A stretch of 64,000 nucleotides of DNA from a virus. Both the position numbers and the translations under genes were made by a program. The stretch lies in the IMG/VR virus record IMGVR_UViG_3300027898_000007. One strand, given 5' to 3'. The first letter of the stretch is position 1, and the number at the start of each line of letters is the position of its first letter. This document shows, piece after piece, positions 1 to 11,000 of this stretch. A model generated the notes under the pieces. It searched no databases and had not been told where the DNA came from. It worked only from the letters and a program-made list of their open reading frames with translations.

Positions 1-3000
1 CATTAGTAAATGTAAAAGTATGGGGAGAACTGAGATTATTTTCTCCATCTGATTGATTAACCGATTGGATACCCGTATTAACTCCGTCTACGTATACTAA
101 GCTACGTATTAGATTCATTACACTACGTAAATCCTTAAAATTAACTTTTAATCCTCCGTCCGTTAATTCTTTTTGTATTTTTTTAGCGGTTTCAGAATTA
201 CTACTAAAAGCTCCCTGAAGAAGTTTAACCACAATATCGGTATTTTCCTTACCTAATTTATTGATGGTAATACGAGAAAGACCGTAACTTCCATCTGGTA
301 AAGGAACTGAAGCTAATAATTGACCTTTATTTTTAATATCCTTTTTTATTTCTTCTTCATTAAAATGAGTTCTTTCGGTTACTTTTCCTTTAGCTTCCAA
401 AAGATCCATATTATTATCCGGAATTAATAGTTTTACGCCATTGGCTAACTTAGATTTGTCACCCAATCGTTCTAAAAAAGGTCGATATAATGTTTTATGA
501 ATTCCTTCAGGAGTTACTTCGTATTGATAATTCATCCGTCCTCTACTTTTTTTAATAGAAGTAGAAATGGGATTTTCTGGATTTTTAAATAATTGATCTC
601 GTACTTTTAAAGAATTCGCTAAAACAAGGGGGTCTGAGTTTTTACCTGTTTCTTTAATTCTTTTTGATGTGGGGTAATGACCCATAAATTCATTATCTGA
701 TTCTCTGAAAGTTCCCAACATATGAGTATCCTTCTTACTATTGTTTTTATCAAATTTTTCTTTAGTAAGTTCTGGATACACAGATTTAGCTTCTTCAAAA
801 GTCATCGGTCGAATAATAGCTCGTGTATCCTGGGGATAATGGTTATGGGATTCTAACTTTCGATTGAAATTAGGATTTTTAACTTTACTCCCATCAGTAG
901 GATCAATCGTATCGATATTATTTTTTGAATCAAAAGAACTATAGGCTAATTTATTAGGAATATTATCTAAATTATCCGGATTCTTACGCTTTTCTAATTC
1001 ATCTTTAATAAGTTGCCTGTTTTTAGGATTTTTTTCCTGGGATAATAAATTTTCTAAATCTGAATCAGATATTTTAGACATATCGGATAAAATATCTTTT
1101 TTAACTTTAGTATCTCGAATATCCGATTTAGTTTTACTATCTACGTGATCTTCCCAATCTTTTTTTAATCCTTCTAAATCGTTATCGTGAAATAATTTTT
1201 CAAATGTATCATGATCTTCTTTTGTGGGGTTTCGATCTTCTCTCCCATGGATAGCATCTGTTAATTCATCGGTGAGGTCATAAATACCCCGTTTATGAAT
1301 TTTATGTATAATAAAATCATCTAGTAGTGATTCAGTTTCTGAATTAACGCCTAATTTATTTCCTAAATTTTTAATTAATTTACGATCAATTTCTTGTTTT
1401 TGTTCAAAAGGTATTTCACCATTTTCATCTGGTAACAAATCTCGTAAATTCTTACGACTGGTAGCTAATTCTCTCTCAGCGGCTGTTAAAGGCTCACGAG
1501 CATTTTTTATTTTTTCCTGTTTAACATCGTCGTCTAAATTAGGCTCATTACTAATTTCATTTACTTTTTGACCGAATGCTTCTTGTTCGCGATCCACATT
1601 CATTTTTTGACGAAATATTTGATCGATGGTTTCAAATCCTCGATCTTGATTTTCTTTTCTTTTTGCTGGATCAGGTACACTATTCCAGGCTTCTTTATTT
1701 TTATTATAAATATCGTCCAATTGATTTACCCGGTCTACATACGCTTGATGCTGATCATCCGTTAATTTACCATCGGATTTCATCCAATTTAGCGATTTTA
1801 ATACATCATCCGTTTTACCATCAGCTATTTTTTGACGAATTGATTTTTCATCTTTTGATCCGGGAATCATCACCCCAGTCGTTAATCCTAAAATAGCTCC
1901 TGATCCCGCTTCTGTAAAAGCTTTTCTAAAAATATCCTGTTGCGATAATCCTCCGTACAAACCGTTGTATTCGTATTTATCCGCATCATTTTTATGCATA
2001 TTATTATATAATACTTTAGCGGTATCATCTAATGCGGATTGAACTCCCATTTGTAAAGAAGTTTCTCCAGCGGCAGAAATAGCATTACCTAATCGACTGG
2101 TTCCTTCTAGTCCCTTAATGCTCGAATATACTCGTCGAAGTAAATTAGGAGTGATGTCGTTTAAAGCTTTCTCAGTCAATTCCCCACCATGGGCTTTTAA
2201 TTCATCCAAAGCCATTTTAGTTATTTCTTTACTTCCTCCTCCGGTTAAATATTTTGTTAGAACCGTAGGACCTAAAAGTTCTTGAAGACCGCTATTTAAC
2301 ATGCCGATGCTCACTCCCATAATTCCCGCATCTTTTTCCGATAAGCCATTATTCAAAGCTTCTTCGTAAGCTGGGCCAACACTCAGCATAAACATACCTC
2401 CTAAACGACTAGCTAATTCTACGGCTCGTGGACTACGTAATAGTCCTAATGCTTTACCGGATAAACCTATTCCCTTTCCTAAACCGCCAAATTGAGCCAA
2501 AGAAGCTACTCCACTACCTAATCCTTTAAACACACCTTGAGCGCTAAACGGATCCGTTTGATCTTCACTACCCGGTAATTCTTCTTGTTTTGTTGTTTTA
2601 CGAATTTGATTAGCTGTTTTATCTAACCAAGAATCTTGAGACGGATTGAAAATATCTTTAACTGCTTGGGCTGTTCCGGTCACAATATTAGCGGTCGATC
2701 CGATACCATTAGAAAATCCATCTGAAAAAGATCGTAAAAAATTAGAAGAGAAATCTTTTGGTCCGTATGTACTCACTGTTTGATTGAGATCTTGTTCATC
2801 TTTAGGACTAAACGGAACCAATGTGGGAATATCATTAGGATTACTCGGATCATGAAATACTTTGAATTGTTTGCTAGTAAATCCAGGACTAATTAATTGA
2901 TTAAAGCCTGGAATTTCGGAAAAATAATTTTCAGCTTCAGCTCGTTTACTTTGAGCGGTAGTATCTGGATTATTAGGATCTGAATCATTAGCGTATCCAG

Positions 3001-3409
3001 TAGTTTGTCTAGCTAATCGTTTCGTACCATTCTTATCTACAATAGGAGCATTGCCTGTTATAATATCCCATAAACTAGCCGGATCCAAATTACGAGTATC
3101 CAAAGGCTGACCTGATGGATCATGGGGATTAGGAATAAACCCGTTAAGATTAGCTTGATGAAAAGCCGCTTGTTGCTCTTGAGTATTAATTCTGGGCTGG
3201 GCTTCCACATTTAAATCAGGTAAGGAAACTCGCGGAGTATTTTGTAAATTAGATGGTTTGTTATATAACTGGTATAACGGATCTTTTTCAGCATCTGTTG
3301 GTGAATACCCCGATGTTGTGTCTTTATGACCTGCAAAAAACCGAACTAATGGATCAGATTCACTCGCATAAATATCGTCCCCAACATCTATTTTTCTTTT
3401 TTTGCCCAT
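1..3409 (-). CDS. Giant virion cargo/ejection protein, N-terminal >=1136 aa, 3' end outside window; position matches the virion RNA polymerase-type cargo genes of crAss-like phages
   Basis: ATG at 3409 overlaps the TAA of the upstream gene (TAATG). Starts MGKKRKIDVGDDIY. No stop in the stretches translated by hand, including the last codons at base 1. Gly/Ala-rich hydrophobic segments (GVFKGLGSGVASLAQFGGLG, EAGSGAILGLTTG). No RNAP catalytic motif seen in the visible part. Confidence 0.75.
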   Translation of the reverse strand, partial: MGKKRKIDVGDDIYASESDPLVRFFAGHKDTTSGYSPTDAEKDPLYQLYNKPSNLQNTPRVSLPDLNVEAQPRINTQEQQAAFHQANLNGFIPNPHDPSGQPLDTRNLDPASLWDIITGNAPIVDKNGTKRLARQTTGYANDSDPNNPDTTAQSKRAEAENYFSEIPGFNQLISPGFTSKQFKVFHDPSNPNDIPTLVPFSPKDEQDLNQTVSTYGPKDFSSNFLRSFSDGFSNGIGSTANIVTGTAQAVKDIFNPSQDSWLDKTANQIRKTTKQEELPGSEDQTDPFSAQGVFKGLGSGVASLAQFGGLGKGIGLSGKALGLLRSPRAVELASRLGGMFMLSVGPAYEEALNNGLSEKDAGIMGVSIGMLNSGLQELLGPTVLTKYLTGGGSKEITKMALDELKAHGGELTEKALNDITPNLLRRVYSSIKGLEGTSRLGNAISAAGETSLQMGVQSALDDTAKVLYNNMHKNDADKYEYNGLYGGLSQQDIFRKAFTEAGSGAILGLTTGVMIPGSKDEKSIRQKIADGKTDDVLKSLNWMKSDGKLTDDQHQAYVDRVNQLDDIYNKNKEAWNSVPDPAKRKENQDRGFETIDQIFRQKMNVDREQEAFGQKVNEISNEPNLDDDVKQEKIKNAREPLTAAERELATSRKNLRDLLPDENGEIPFEQKQEIDRKLIKNLGNKLGVNSETESLLDDFIIHKIHKRGIYDLTDELTDAIHGREDRNPTKEDHDTFEKLFHDNDLEGLKKDWEDHVDSKTKSDIRDTKVKKDILSDMSKISDSDLENLLSQEKNPKNRQLIKDELEKRKNPDNLDNIPNKLAYSSFDSKNNIDTIDPTDGSKVKNPNFNRKLESHNHYPQDTRAIIRPMTFEEAKSVYPELTKEKFDKNNSKKDTHMLGTFRESDNEFMGHYPTSKRIKETGKNSDPLVLANSLKVRDQLFKNPENPISTSIKKSRGRMNYQYEVTPEGIHKTLYRPFLERLGDKSKLANGVKLLIPDNNMDLLEAKGKVTERTHFNEEEIKKDIKNKGQLLASVPLPDGSYGLSRITINKLGKENTDIVVKLLQGAFSSNSETAKKIQKELTDGGLKVNFKDLRSVMNLIRSLVYVDGVNTGIQSVNQSDGENNLSSPHTFTFTN

Positions 3410-5001
3410 TAGTTTTCAACTGTTTTGGATTCTGGTTTTTCGTCTTGATAAATACTGCTTTCGATATTTCCTAACTTATTTTGTGAACCAAATGTAGCGG
3501 CTCTTTTAGCTTCTATATCTTTCTGTCTTAATTGATTTTGAATAATTCGATTCATATTTTGTTTTTCGAGTCCAGTAGCTTTATGATAACGATTAATAAA
3601 TTCATTGCTAAATTTAAAGTTTTTTAATGAATTTGTTAATTGCTCTTTACTTAAATGTTGAGATGGATCTTCCGGTACACTACTACTATAATCGGCTCCT
3701 AAGAATTTTTCAGATTGATCTCTACTTAAAGGTACGTATTCTGAACTACCATCGTGATTTCTATAAACAGTAACCGCTTGGGGTTGAATAATAAATTGAT
3801 CTTTTGTTCCCCAATTACCATACGTAATTCCCGTTACCGGATCTTTATGTATTTTCTCACTCATGGTATTACCTGTATGTCCGGTAACATCACCATCTTG
3901 ATCCAATGTAACTAATTGACCTATTAAATTACGAGGACCATCTTGAATGACTCCCATAACCGCATCATATAAATGTTTACCGCCTGTAATAATTGTTGGT
4001 TTTTCAGTTAAAGATAAATCAGCGTGACCATCTGGTCCTACATGCCAATGAGGACCTGAGATGGGTTGTAAATCTACATTTCTATTATAAGGTACGGTAG
4101 ATTTACCAAAAGTATAATGAGAAACTACACGATTTCCAGTAACGTGTTTGCCCAATAATCCCGCATTATTGAATTCGTTAGATTCATTAAATCCTGATTG
4201 ACTTTCATCTAATGTAGGAGCATGAAGGAAACCTACATCATTTTGAGCTATTGACGCTTTTACATTCGGGTCTGAATTAGGATCATATTCTTGATGAGCG
4301 TAATTTTTAAATCGATCCATGATGGCTTTAGTAGCCCAATCTCTTCTTTGAGATGGATCAATACCTAACGTAGATGCGTGTTGATACGCTTGTTTATAAA
4401 TATCGCTATTAGGATTGATGGCTCTAGCGATTTGATTATTGAGATTAGCGTGGTTTGATTTAACCCCATTTCCATAATCATCAAAACCCGCTTTTGATCC
4501 TAAATGATCTATTTGCTCAATATAATCTAATTTTTTGGCAAACTGATTAGGAATAACAATATTTCCACTTAGATCTACCGCTTTCCCATTAGCGAATGGA
4601 TCAGCGTAAGGAACTCCTTCGGAATTCAATTTTTGAACAATTTTTTGATTAGCTAAATAGGCTTGGTTATATTTATTGTTTTGTGAATATAAAGGATCAT
4701 TTACATAACGAGCGTATAATTCTTGTCGTTTTCGTTTACCTATGGGATCCGTCCAATCCGGATATTGATTGTATACTTCTTCGCTTTCTTTTTTAAATTG
4801 ATTGGCTTTATCCAATAATTTATTTTGAATATCCGGACTATAACTTGTCATGTTGGCTAAAGCCGAATTAGTAGCTGCATTTTGTTTTTCCTGGGTATCG
4901 TAATCTTGTTGATCGGCTTGTGCAACTCTCCCAATCGTATCTAATGGAATAGGTACGTATTGTTCAAGAGGTTGGTCTATAGGCGTTTGATATCTATTCA
5001 T
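3409..5001 (-). CDS. Putative virion cargo protein (530 aa)
   Basis: N-terminus MNRYQTPIDQPLEQYVPIPLD resembles crAss cargo proteins; lies between cargo protein 1 and the giant ORF. Confidence 0.6.
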   Translation of the reverse strand: MNRYQTPIDQPLEQYVPIPLDTIGRVAQADQQDYDTQEKQNAATNSALANMTSYSPDIQNKLLDKANQFKKESEEVYNQYPDWTDPIGKRKRQELYARYVNDPLYSQNNKYNQAYLANQKIVQKLNSEGVPYADPFANGKAVDLSGNIVIPNQFAKKLDYIEQIDHLGSKAGFDDYGNGVKSNHANLNNQIARAINPNSDIYKQAYQHASTLGIDPSQRRDWATKAIMDRFKNYAHQEYDPNSDPNVKASIAQNDVGFLHAPTLDESQSGFNESNEFNNAGLLGKHVTGNRVVSHYTFGKSTVPYNRNVDLQPISGPHWHVGPDGHADLSLTEKPTIITGGKHLYDAVMGVIQDGPRNLIGQLVTLDQDGDVTGHTGNTMSEKIHKDPVTGITYGNWGTKDQFIIQPQAVTVYRNHDGSSEYVPLSRDQSEKFLGADYSSSVPEDPSQHLSKEQLTNSLKNFKFSNEFINRYHKATGLEKQNMNRIIQNQLRQKDIEAKRAATFGSQNKLGNIESSIYQDEKPESKTVEN

Positions 5002-5010
5002 AGTCGAAGA

Positions 5011-8000
5011 TTATTGAGCGAGAAAAGGAGTAACATAATCGTTGGAATGAAGTCCATATACAGCTCCTAAATGATTGTATACGTGATTTAAAATAGCTTG
5101 ATCATATTGAGCTTTTAATGCGTTTTGTTTATCATTTAAATTACTAGCTATGATTTGACTTAATCCCGTTCCAATAGAATTTCTAGCGGCTCCTTGGTTA
5201 CGAGCATTATCATCATTAATTCGATAATTGTATTGATTAGCTATATTGTTAGCATTCACACGTTGGTTACCTAGTTGATTGTATAATCCGGCTCTTGTAC
5301 TTGCGTTTTGATTGTTGTATTGATTCGCCTGGAATTGAGCATTTCCTAACTGATTCAGAGTATTTGCATATACGTTATTTTTATTAGCTCTGCCTACTGA
5401 ACTGGAATTACTTCTTTGATCAATATCATTATATTGACCCTGGGCATTTAGTAAATACTGTTGTCTAATATTTTCAAAATTAACATTTTGAGGCATATTT
5501 CCAATCACTTGACCTTCGTATGGATTATATTCTGGAGCAATTTGTTTTTCTTTATCAGCATATAAACCTTGACCAATATTATATAAAGCGGGAGTTATTT
5601 TACTAATATGGTCTGCAATTTGACCGAATGATAAAGAATCACTTGGAGCGGATTTAAATTTTAATGGGGTATTATCTTGAGGAATGTTTCCATTCACCAC
5701 ATTAGGAATAGGTAAATTCGGTGAAGGATTATAAATTGAATTGACAGGAATAGATTTGGAATACGAATTTCTGTCGCTTTTTCCCCCGTTAACTGTTACG
5801 GTAGGTAATTCAGGATCTGAAGAATCTAAATAAGGTCCTCCATCCGCAAAATTTGTATTTTGATGTTGTTTAATCAATTGTTTCATAATTCCTGGATCAT
5901 ACCCTTGAACCGGATGTAATGGCGCATGAGCTGGTAAGTCACCAACCACAGGCTTAACTCTACTCATAACATCATGATTTACCCACCCTTGATACGTAAA
6001 AGGAGCGGGAACCGATGGGGAATTTAATAAAGGAGAATTTGTTAAAAAATCAAAAGGTACATCAGTATTTGCCGATGCGGGGTATCCGGTAGGGGAAGAA
6101 GTAGTATTTCCCCCCATATCATATTTAGGTACAATATAGGATCCTCGTTTGTAGTTGCCTTCTTCTTTTTTATTTTTATTCGCTATGATGTTTCGCATTA
6201 TACTTCCTTTTAAAATAGTATCGTTATTTTTATCCGCTAATTTGTATTTTTTAGCGTCTTTGCGAGTAATGATAAATTCACCGGGAGTTGCTTTTACAAA
6301 ATTACCAGCGGGTTCTATATCTATATTTTTAGCGTGTTTTTCGTATTTAGTTCCGCTTAAAGGATTTAATCCTGAATATTCTTGTAAAATTTTACCTGAT
6401 TTCGGATCAATTCGCAATTCTCCTTTTTCAATATCGATGTAATTTGCTCCTTCATTTTCTCCCTCACTTACTGCTTCATTTTCACCTCCCATATCAAATT
6501 TAAAAGGATTCGTAAATTGACCTCCCATACCAAAAGCATATGGACTATTGTCAATTACGTATTCTCCATTTGACCCCATTTTAGTGGGTGTATTTCTCCA
6601 ATTAGGATTGCTATTCATTCCCGGTTTAGAGGGAATAACTGCTGTGGGACCAGCCGAACGATAAAAGTTATTTTCTGTACCATTCATAGAATATTGAGGA
6701 GTAATCCGTAAATCATTTGGATGAAGCAATCCTTGACCTTTTAATTCCATGGTTTGTTTATCAAGTCCATCTAAATTTTTAGATGCTTGATTATACATAT
6801 TTGCTAACTCTTTTTTATTATTATAAAATGTGTTATTCTTTAAAGGTACTTGGATGGTTGAATTATTACTAGGTTTAGTTTTTGAGTTTTTTGTTCCTCC
6901 TGGTTGAGAATCTAATTCCCCACCCATGTTGTAAACAAAACTTCCCATTGCCATTTGTAGACCATATGGGTCATTATCAACAGAAGTGGCTCTTGTGTTG
7001 ATATTATTCGACATTTTCCTAGAATTCTTAACTCCGGCTTCCGTTAATGTTTTTTGTTCACGATTTGCTCCTATTAATCCAGTAACTCCTCCTAAAACGG
7101 CTCCTGCTGCTGCTCCGATGGGTCCAAATTCCGCACCAGCTGATGCTCCGGATAATGCTCCTGTTCCTATTTTAGAACCATAATTTACTTTACCCGTATT
7201 TGCTGAATCGTCTGGTGGAAGAAATCCCGCTAATAAACCTGCTCCAGCACCAATTCCTTTACTTAAAGGACTATCTCCATCTGTAATCCAAGAACCATCT
7301 GCGTATGGTTTATCTGAACGATTATTTTTTAATTGATAATATAAATTAGGTGGTAATAAAGTTTGTTGTTCTTCGCTTGTGGGAGTATGTGCTTGACCAT
7401 AAACAGTTGATCCCACTACATTACTCATTTGCTCCTTTTGATTGTTAGCGTCATTTTCATCATCCATCATATCCATATAATCCATGTCCGCATTTTTAGG
7501 TGGACGAACGGGAGGAATAACTGATGATTGAGATCTTTTTAAGTATTGAAGAGGACTTAAATTATTTTTAGAGGCTACGTTTAATTGACCGGATGCCAAT
7601 TTACGTTTTGCTCCAGCATACCCTTCCAAATGTATTATTTTAGCTAAATCAGAATCCGATAAATTATTACCAAGTCCTTCTTGTCTTAATATTTTTACAC
7701 GAGGTAATACTTGATTTACTAGGTAATGATCCATGAAATCTTCCTGAGCCTGGGGATTCGCTAAGAATTGTTGTTTAGATTTTACGCCTGTGAGTTGAGC
7801 AATTTGTTTTCCCCATTGACTCCAAATAAATTGATATTTACCTGCGGCTGTGGATTTTTTACTAGTGGCATTATAACGACCTCTCGATTCTACTTGAGCA
7901 ATATCCGCTTTTATCTTAGCTAGGTTAATTCCTCCTTTTTTAGGGGAAGGCGAAGGAGTATTTTCTTCTTCGTTTTTTTCATAATTATTTACAGATGGTT

Positions 8001-8067
8001 GCTCACTACCGTCATTTTCTTGATCTTCATCTTCCTCATAATCATTTTCGTTGTCATATAGGCTCAT
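5011..8067 (-). CDS. Cargo protein 1-like ejection protein with N-terminal lysozyme-like domain and glycine-zipper segment
   Basis: IAQVESRGRYNA...TAAGKYQF is a lysozyme-like fold signature; GALSGASAGAEFGPIGAAAGAVLGGVTGLIG; Q/N-rich helical C-terminus; directly downstream of the muzzle gene. Confidence 0.7.
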   Translation of the reverse strand: MSLYDNENDYEEDEDQENDGSEQPSVNNYEKNEEENTPSPSPKKGGINLAKIKADIAQVESRGRYNATSKKSTAAGKYQFIWSQWGKQIAQLTGVKSKQQFLANPQAQEDFMDHYLVNQVLPRVKILRQEGLGNNLSDSDLAKIIHLEGYAGAKRKLASGQLNVASKNNLSPLQYLKRSQSSVIPPVRPPKNADMDYMDMMDDENDANNQKEQMSNVVGSTVYGQAHTPTSEEQQTLLPPNLYYQLKNNRSDKPYADGSWITDGDSPLSKGIGAGAGLLAGFLPPDDSANTGKVNYGSKIGTGALSGASAGAEFGPIGAAAGAVLGGVTGLIGANREQKTLTEAGVKNSRKMSNNINTRATSVDNDPYGLQMAMGSFVYNMGGELDSQPGGTKNSKTKPSNNSTIQVPLKNNTFYNNKKELANMYNQASKNLDGLDKQTMELKGQGLLHPNDLRITPQYSMNGTENNFYRSAGPTAVIPSKPGMNSNPNWRNTPTKMGSNGEYVIDNSPYAFGMGGQFTNPFKFDMGGENEAVSEGENEGANYIDIEKGELRIDPKSGKILQEYSGLNPLSGTKYEKHAKNIDIEPAGNFVKATPGEFIITRKDAKKYKLADKNNDTILKGSIMRNIIANKNKKEEGNYKRGSYIVPKYDMGGNTTSSPTGYPASANTDVPFDFLTNSPLLNSPSVPAPFTYQGWVNHDVMSRVKPVVGDLPAHAPLHPVQGYDPGIMKQLIKQHQNTNFADGGPYLDSSDPELPTVTVNGGKSDRNSYSKSIPVNSIYNPSPNLPIPNVVNGNIPQDNTPLKFKSAPSDSLSFGQIADHISKITPALYNIGQGLYADKEKQIAPEYNPYEGQVIGNMPQNVNFENIRQQYLLNAQGQYNDIDQRSNSSSVGRANKNNVYANTLNQLGNAQFQANQYNNQNASTRAGLYNQLGNQRVNANNIANQYNYRINDDNARNQGAARNSIGTGLSQIIASNLNDKQNALKAQYDQAILNHVYNHLGAVYGLHSNDYVTPFLAQ

Positions 8068-8085
8068 TAAATATAAATATTTTTA

Positions 8086-11000
8086 TTATCTGATAGATTT
8101 TCGGAACTGGGTAGATACAAAGTTAATTAAAAATTTGCTATTGTCCAAATTATTCTTACTGAAACGAATAACAAAATAATTATCTCTAAATCGTCCGCGT
8201 TGATACCATGGTTTATTAGTATTTAATATGGAAGTATTTATTACTTTATCAATAGGATAAACCGATTGAATAATAGACCAATTATCTGTAAACATTTGAG
8301 CGGATTGATTGCTATTTGTCACATCTAAAAATTGATTAATAGACCAAATTTTTTCTTTTTTAGTTAAGTTGGTATTTACAATTAAAGAAATAATTCCGCT
8401 ATTTTGAAATTCATTATATACCATAAATTGATCAAAAAAAGAATTACCCCGTAATTTATCTACACCAGACCCAGTATATGATTCTAAACTTACTTGAATA
8501 GAATCGGTTACTTTTACATCTTGAGGATAATCATTGGCTACTATTTCTATTATAAATGGGTATTGGGTATTAAAATAATAGCCTGGAACACCACTATTTG
8601 AAATTTGAACAGAACTCGTATTTTGTTTTAATAAGAAATTAGTAGGGTGATGAAGATAATTGTTTGGTAAATAACTGTGGAAAGATGCCCATTGTTCCAA
8701 TTGAGGAATGTACGATAATGTAAAACTCTTATTAATAAATGTAGATGTATCCGAAAAACTAAGTGAATTCGCAGAATTCGTTAATTTACCATTCTGAGTA
8801 TAAATATCAGTACTACCGTAGGTTGTGTTAGGATTGTAAATTCCTTTGTATCGGGTAATATCCACTAAATTGTAATCTAATTTAGTTACTAATAATCGAT
8901 TATGTTCTTTATCCCATCCGCACGTATATCCCACATTATTAAGAGGATTATCAAATCCTGATCCTTTTTTCAAATCCGGAATTTGATTATATAAACTAAT
9001 GGCTCCATTTAGTTGGAAGAATTCTTTAGCTCCTTGGTACGTGATATCTTTTAATTGATCGTTAAATAAAATAACGGATTTTTTATTTTTATCAACAAAT
9101 AAATACCCATAAGGTGTTTCAACAATAGACCACTTGCTAGATGTTCCTGAATACCCTCCATCAATCGATAATACTTCTTTTGGCTCTAATCCAAAAAATG
9201 TTCCAGTTCCAACAGCAATATCCGTAGTTGTACTATTTTGTAAATTATAATTAGAACCATAGACATCAAATAAACTATCACGAGTTAAAGCAAATATCCT
9301 TTCGTACTTCGTAAACAATCCGGTTATAGGTCCTCTATTTTTAGGAAGATCTCGATAATCATTAGCTAAAAATGTTCTCCAATAATCAACCGTATCTTCT
9401 GATAAAGATTGTTGAGAATAAGATATACGAGTTAAATATTGAAGAGTTGAAGTGGTGACTAATGCTTGATTCGACGTAATAGTATTAATTTGAGTCGGGC
9501 CAAAATTCTGTTTCGAATATTTCTTATTATAGTCGTCATTTATTTTCAAATAATTATCATATGCGAAATTGTTTTGAATCCAAGTATCTGCTTGACTACC
9601 ATAAACATCTTTCGGGTAATAACTCGCCCCATTTATTCCCTGGGTAAGTCTCATTCGATAATTTAAACTCGATTCACAAGGAAACGAACTAATTCCCGCC
9701 ATATACACTTGAAAAATAGATCCGGCTGTACTAGTAGCGTCATGATAATAATTAGAATACGCGGTTCGTTTAATGGAATACATATCAATAAACGTATCCC
9801 CAATAATACCGCTGGGGCTGGTGGTAAGATACCCACTACCGTTTACAGATAAATTATCACACGTGAGTCCTAAATATTCATATTGTAATCCTAATGTTGA
9901 TCCGTATTGTGAAACATTAGCTGATTGTAATGAGCCGTAATAATATATTGCGTTGTTTTGACTGTATCCTGTAATTCCGGTGGGGGCAGAACTTTGAAAT
10001 TGAGCCAACTGATTAATTGTTCCACGGGGACCATATGGGGAAATTCCTTGTTGACTGGACGTAGGGCTATCTCCATCGTATTTATCATATACAGGATGAG
10101 CAAAATTTCCACCTGAAACGGCATTCGTAATAAATGTGGTTGAATTTTCAGAACCGTAATCACTAAAATCTGGAGAAACTGAATGCAATAATTCGACCAA
10201 AGTTCCTGATTCTCTCAGTATTCCATAATAAGGCATCGATATATTACCCACATTAGATTGAGATAAAATCGCGTTATATGGAACATAAGTTGCCCCTTGA
10301 ACTCCATAATAAAATTTAGTTACTCCGGATCGAGAATCCATATTATTAAACACACAATCCCCCATAAAATGAGGAACTTGAACTCCATTAGCTGCTCCTT
10401 GGTTGTAGGTATTGTATGTATTAGCGTTATAGTTGTTACTATTAATACTAAAAGCCGTTGGATTTTTATACCAATTTACATTTCCTTGGAGTCTATTTTC
10501 TAATAAAGCCTTATTAACGGATAAGACGGGTTTGTCGTTATTATCCGCTTTCGCATCAGTATCCGGACTATGGAAAAAAAGTATTGTCTTGTTTTCGTTT
10601 TGGTAGGTTGCTCCATTTAATTGTTGAGTATTCGGACTAGGTAATGACAAATCACTAGGATCGGAAATTTGTTGAGTATTTCCTTGGGATCCTCCGTAAT
10701 AAAATAAATTAATTTTAGTATTTGAGTATTGAGCAATATTCTGTTGAACCGCTGACGCATTATTAGTAAACTGGGGACCAGATGCCGTAGAACTAAATCC
10801 GGGATTAACATCTTGAGGTATTGTGGAAAAAGGACTTGCAGGTACTACATAACGAGGTAATTGAGTAGGTCCGTTCGTAGTACTATTGGATGTATACTGA
10901 ACATCCCCTCCGCAAAAAGCGGTGCGACTAAAAGCTCCTTTTGCGATAACTGATTTATTTTGAGGTAAATCACGAGGAGTCATGTAAAATTTGATCAGTT

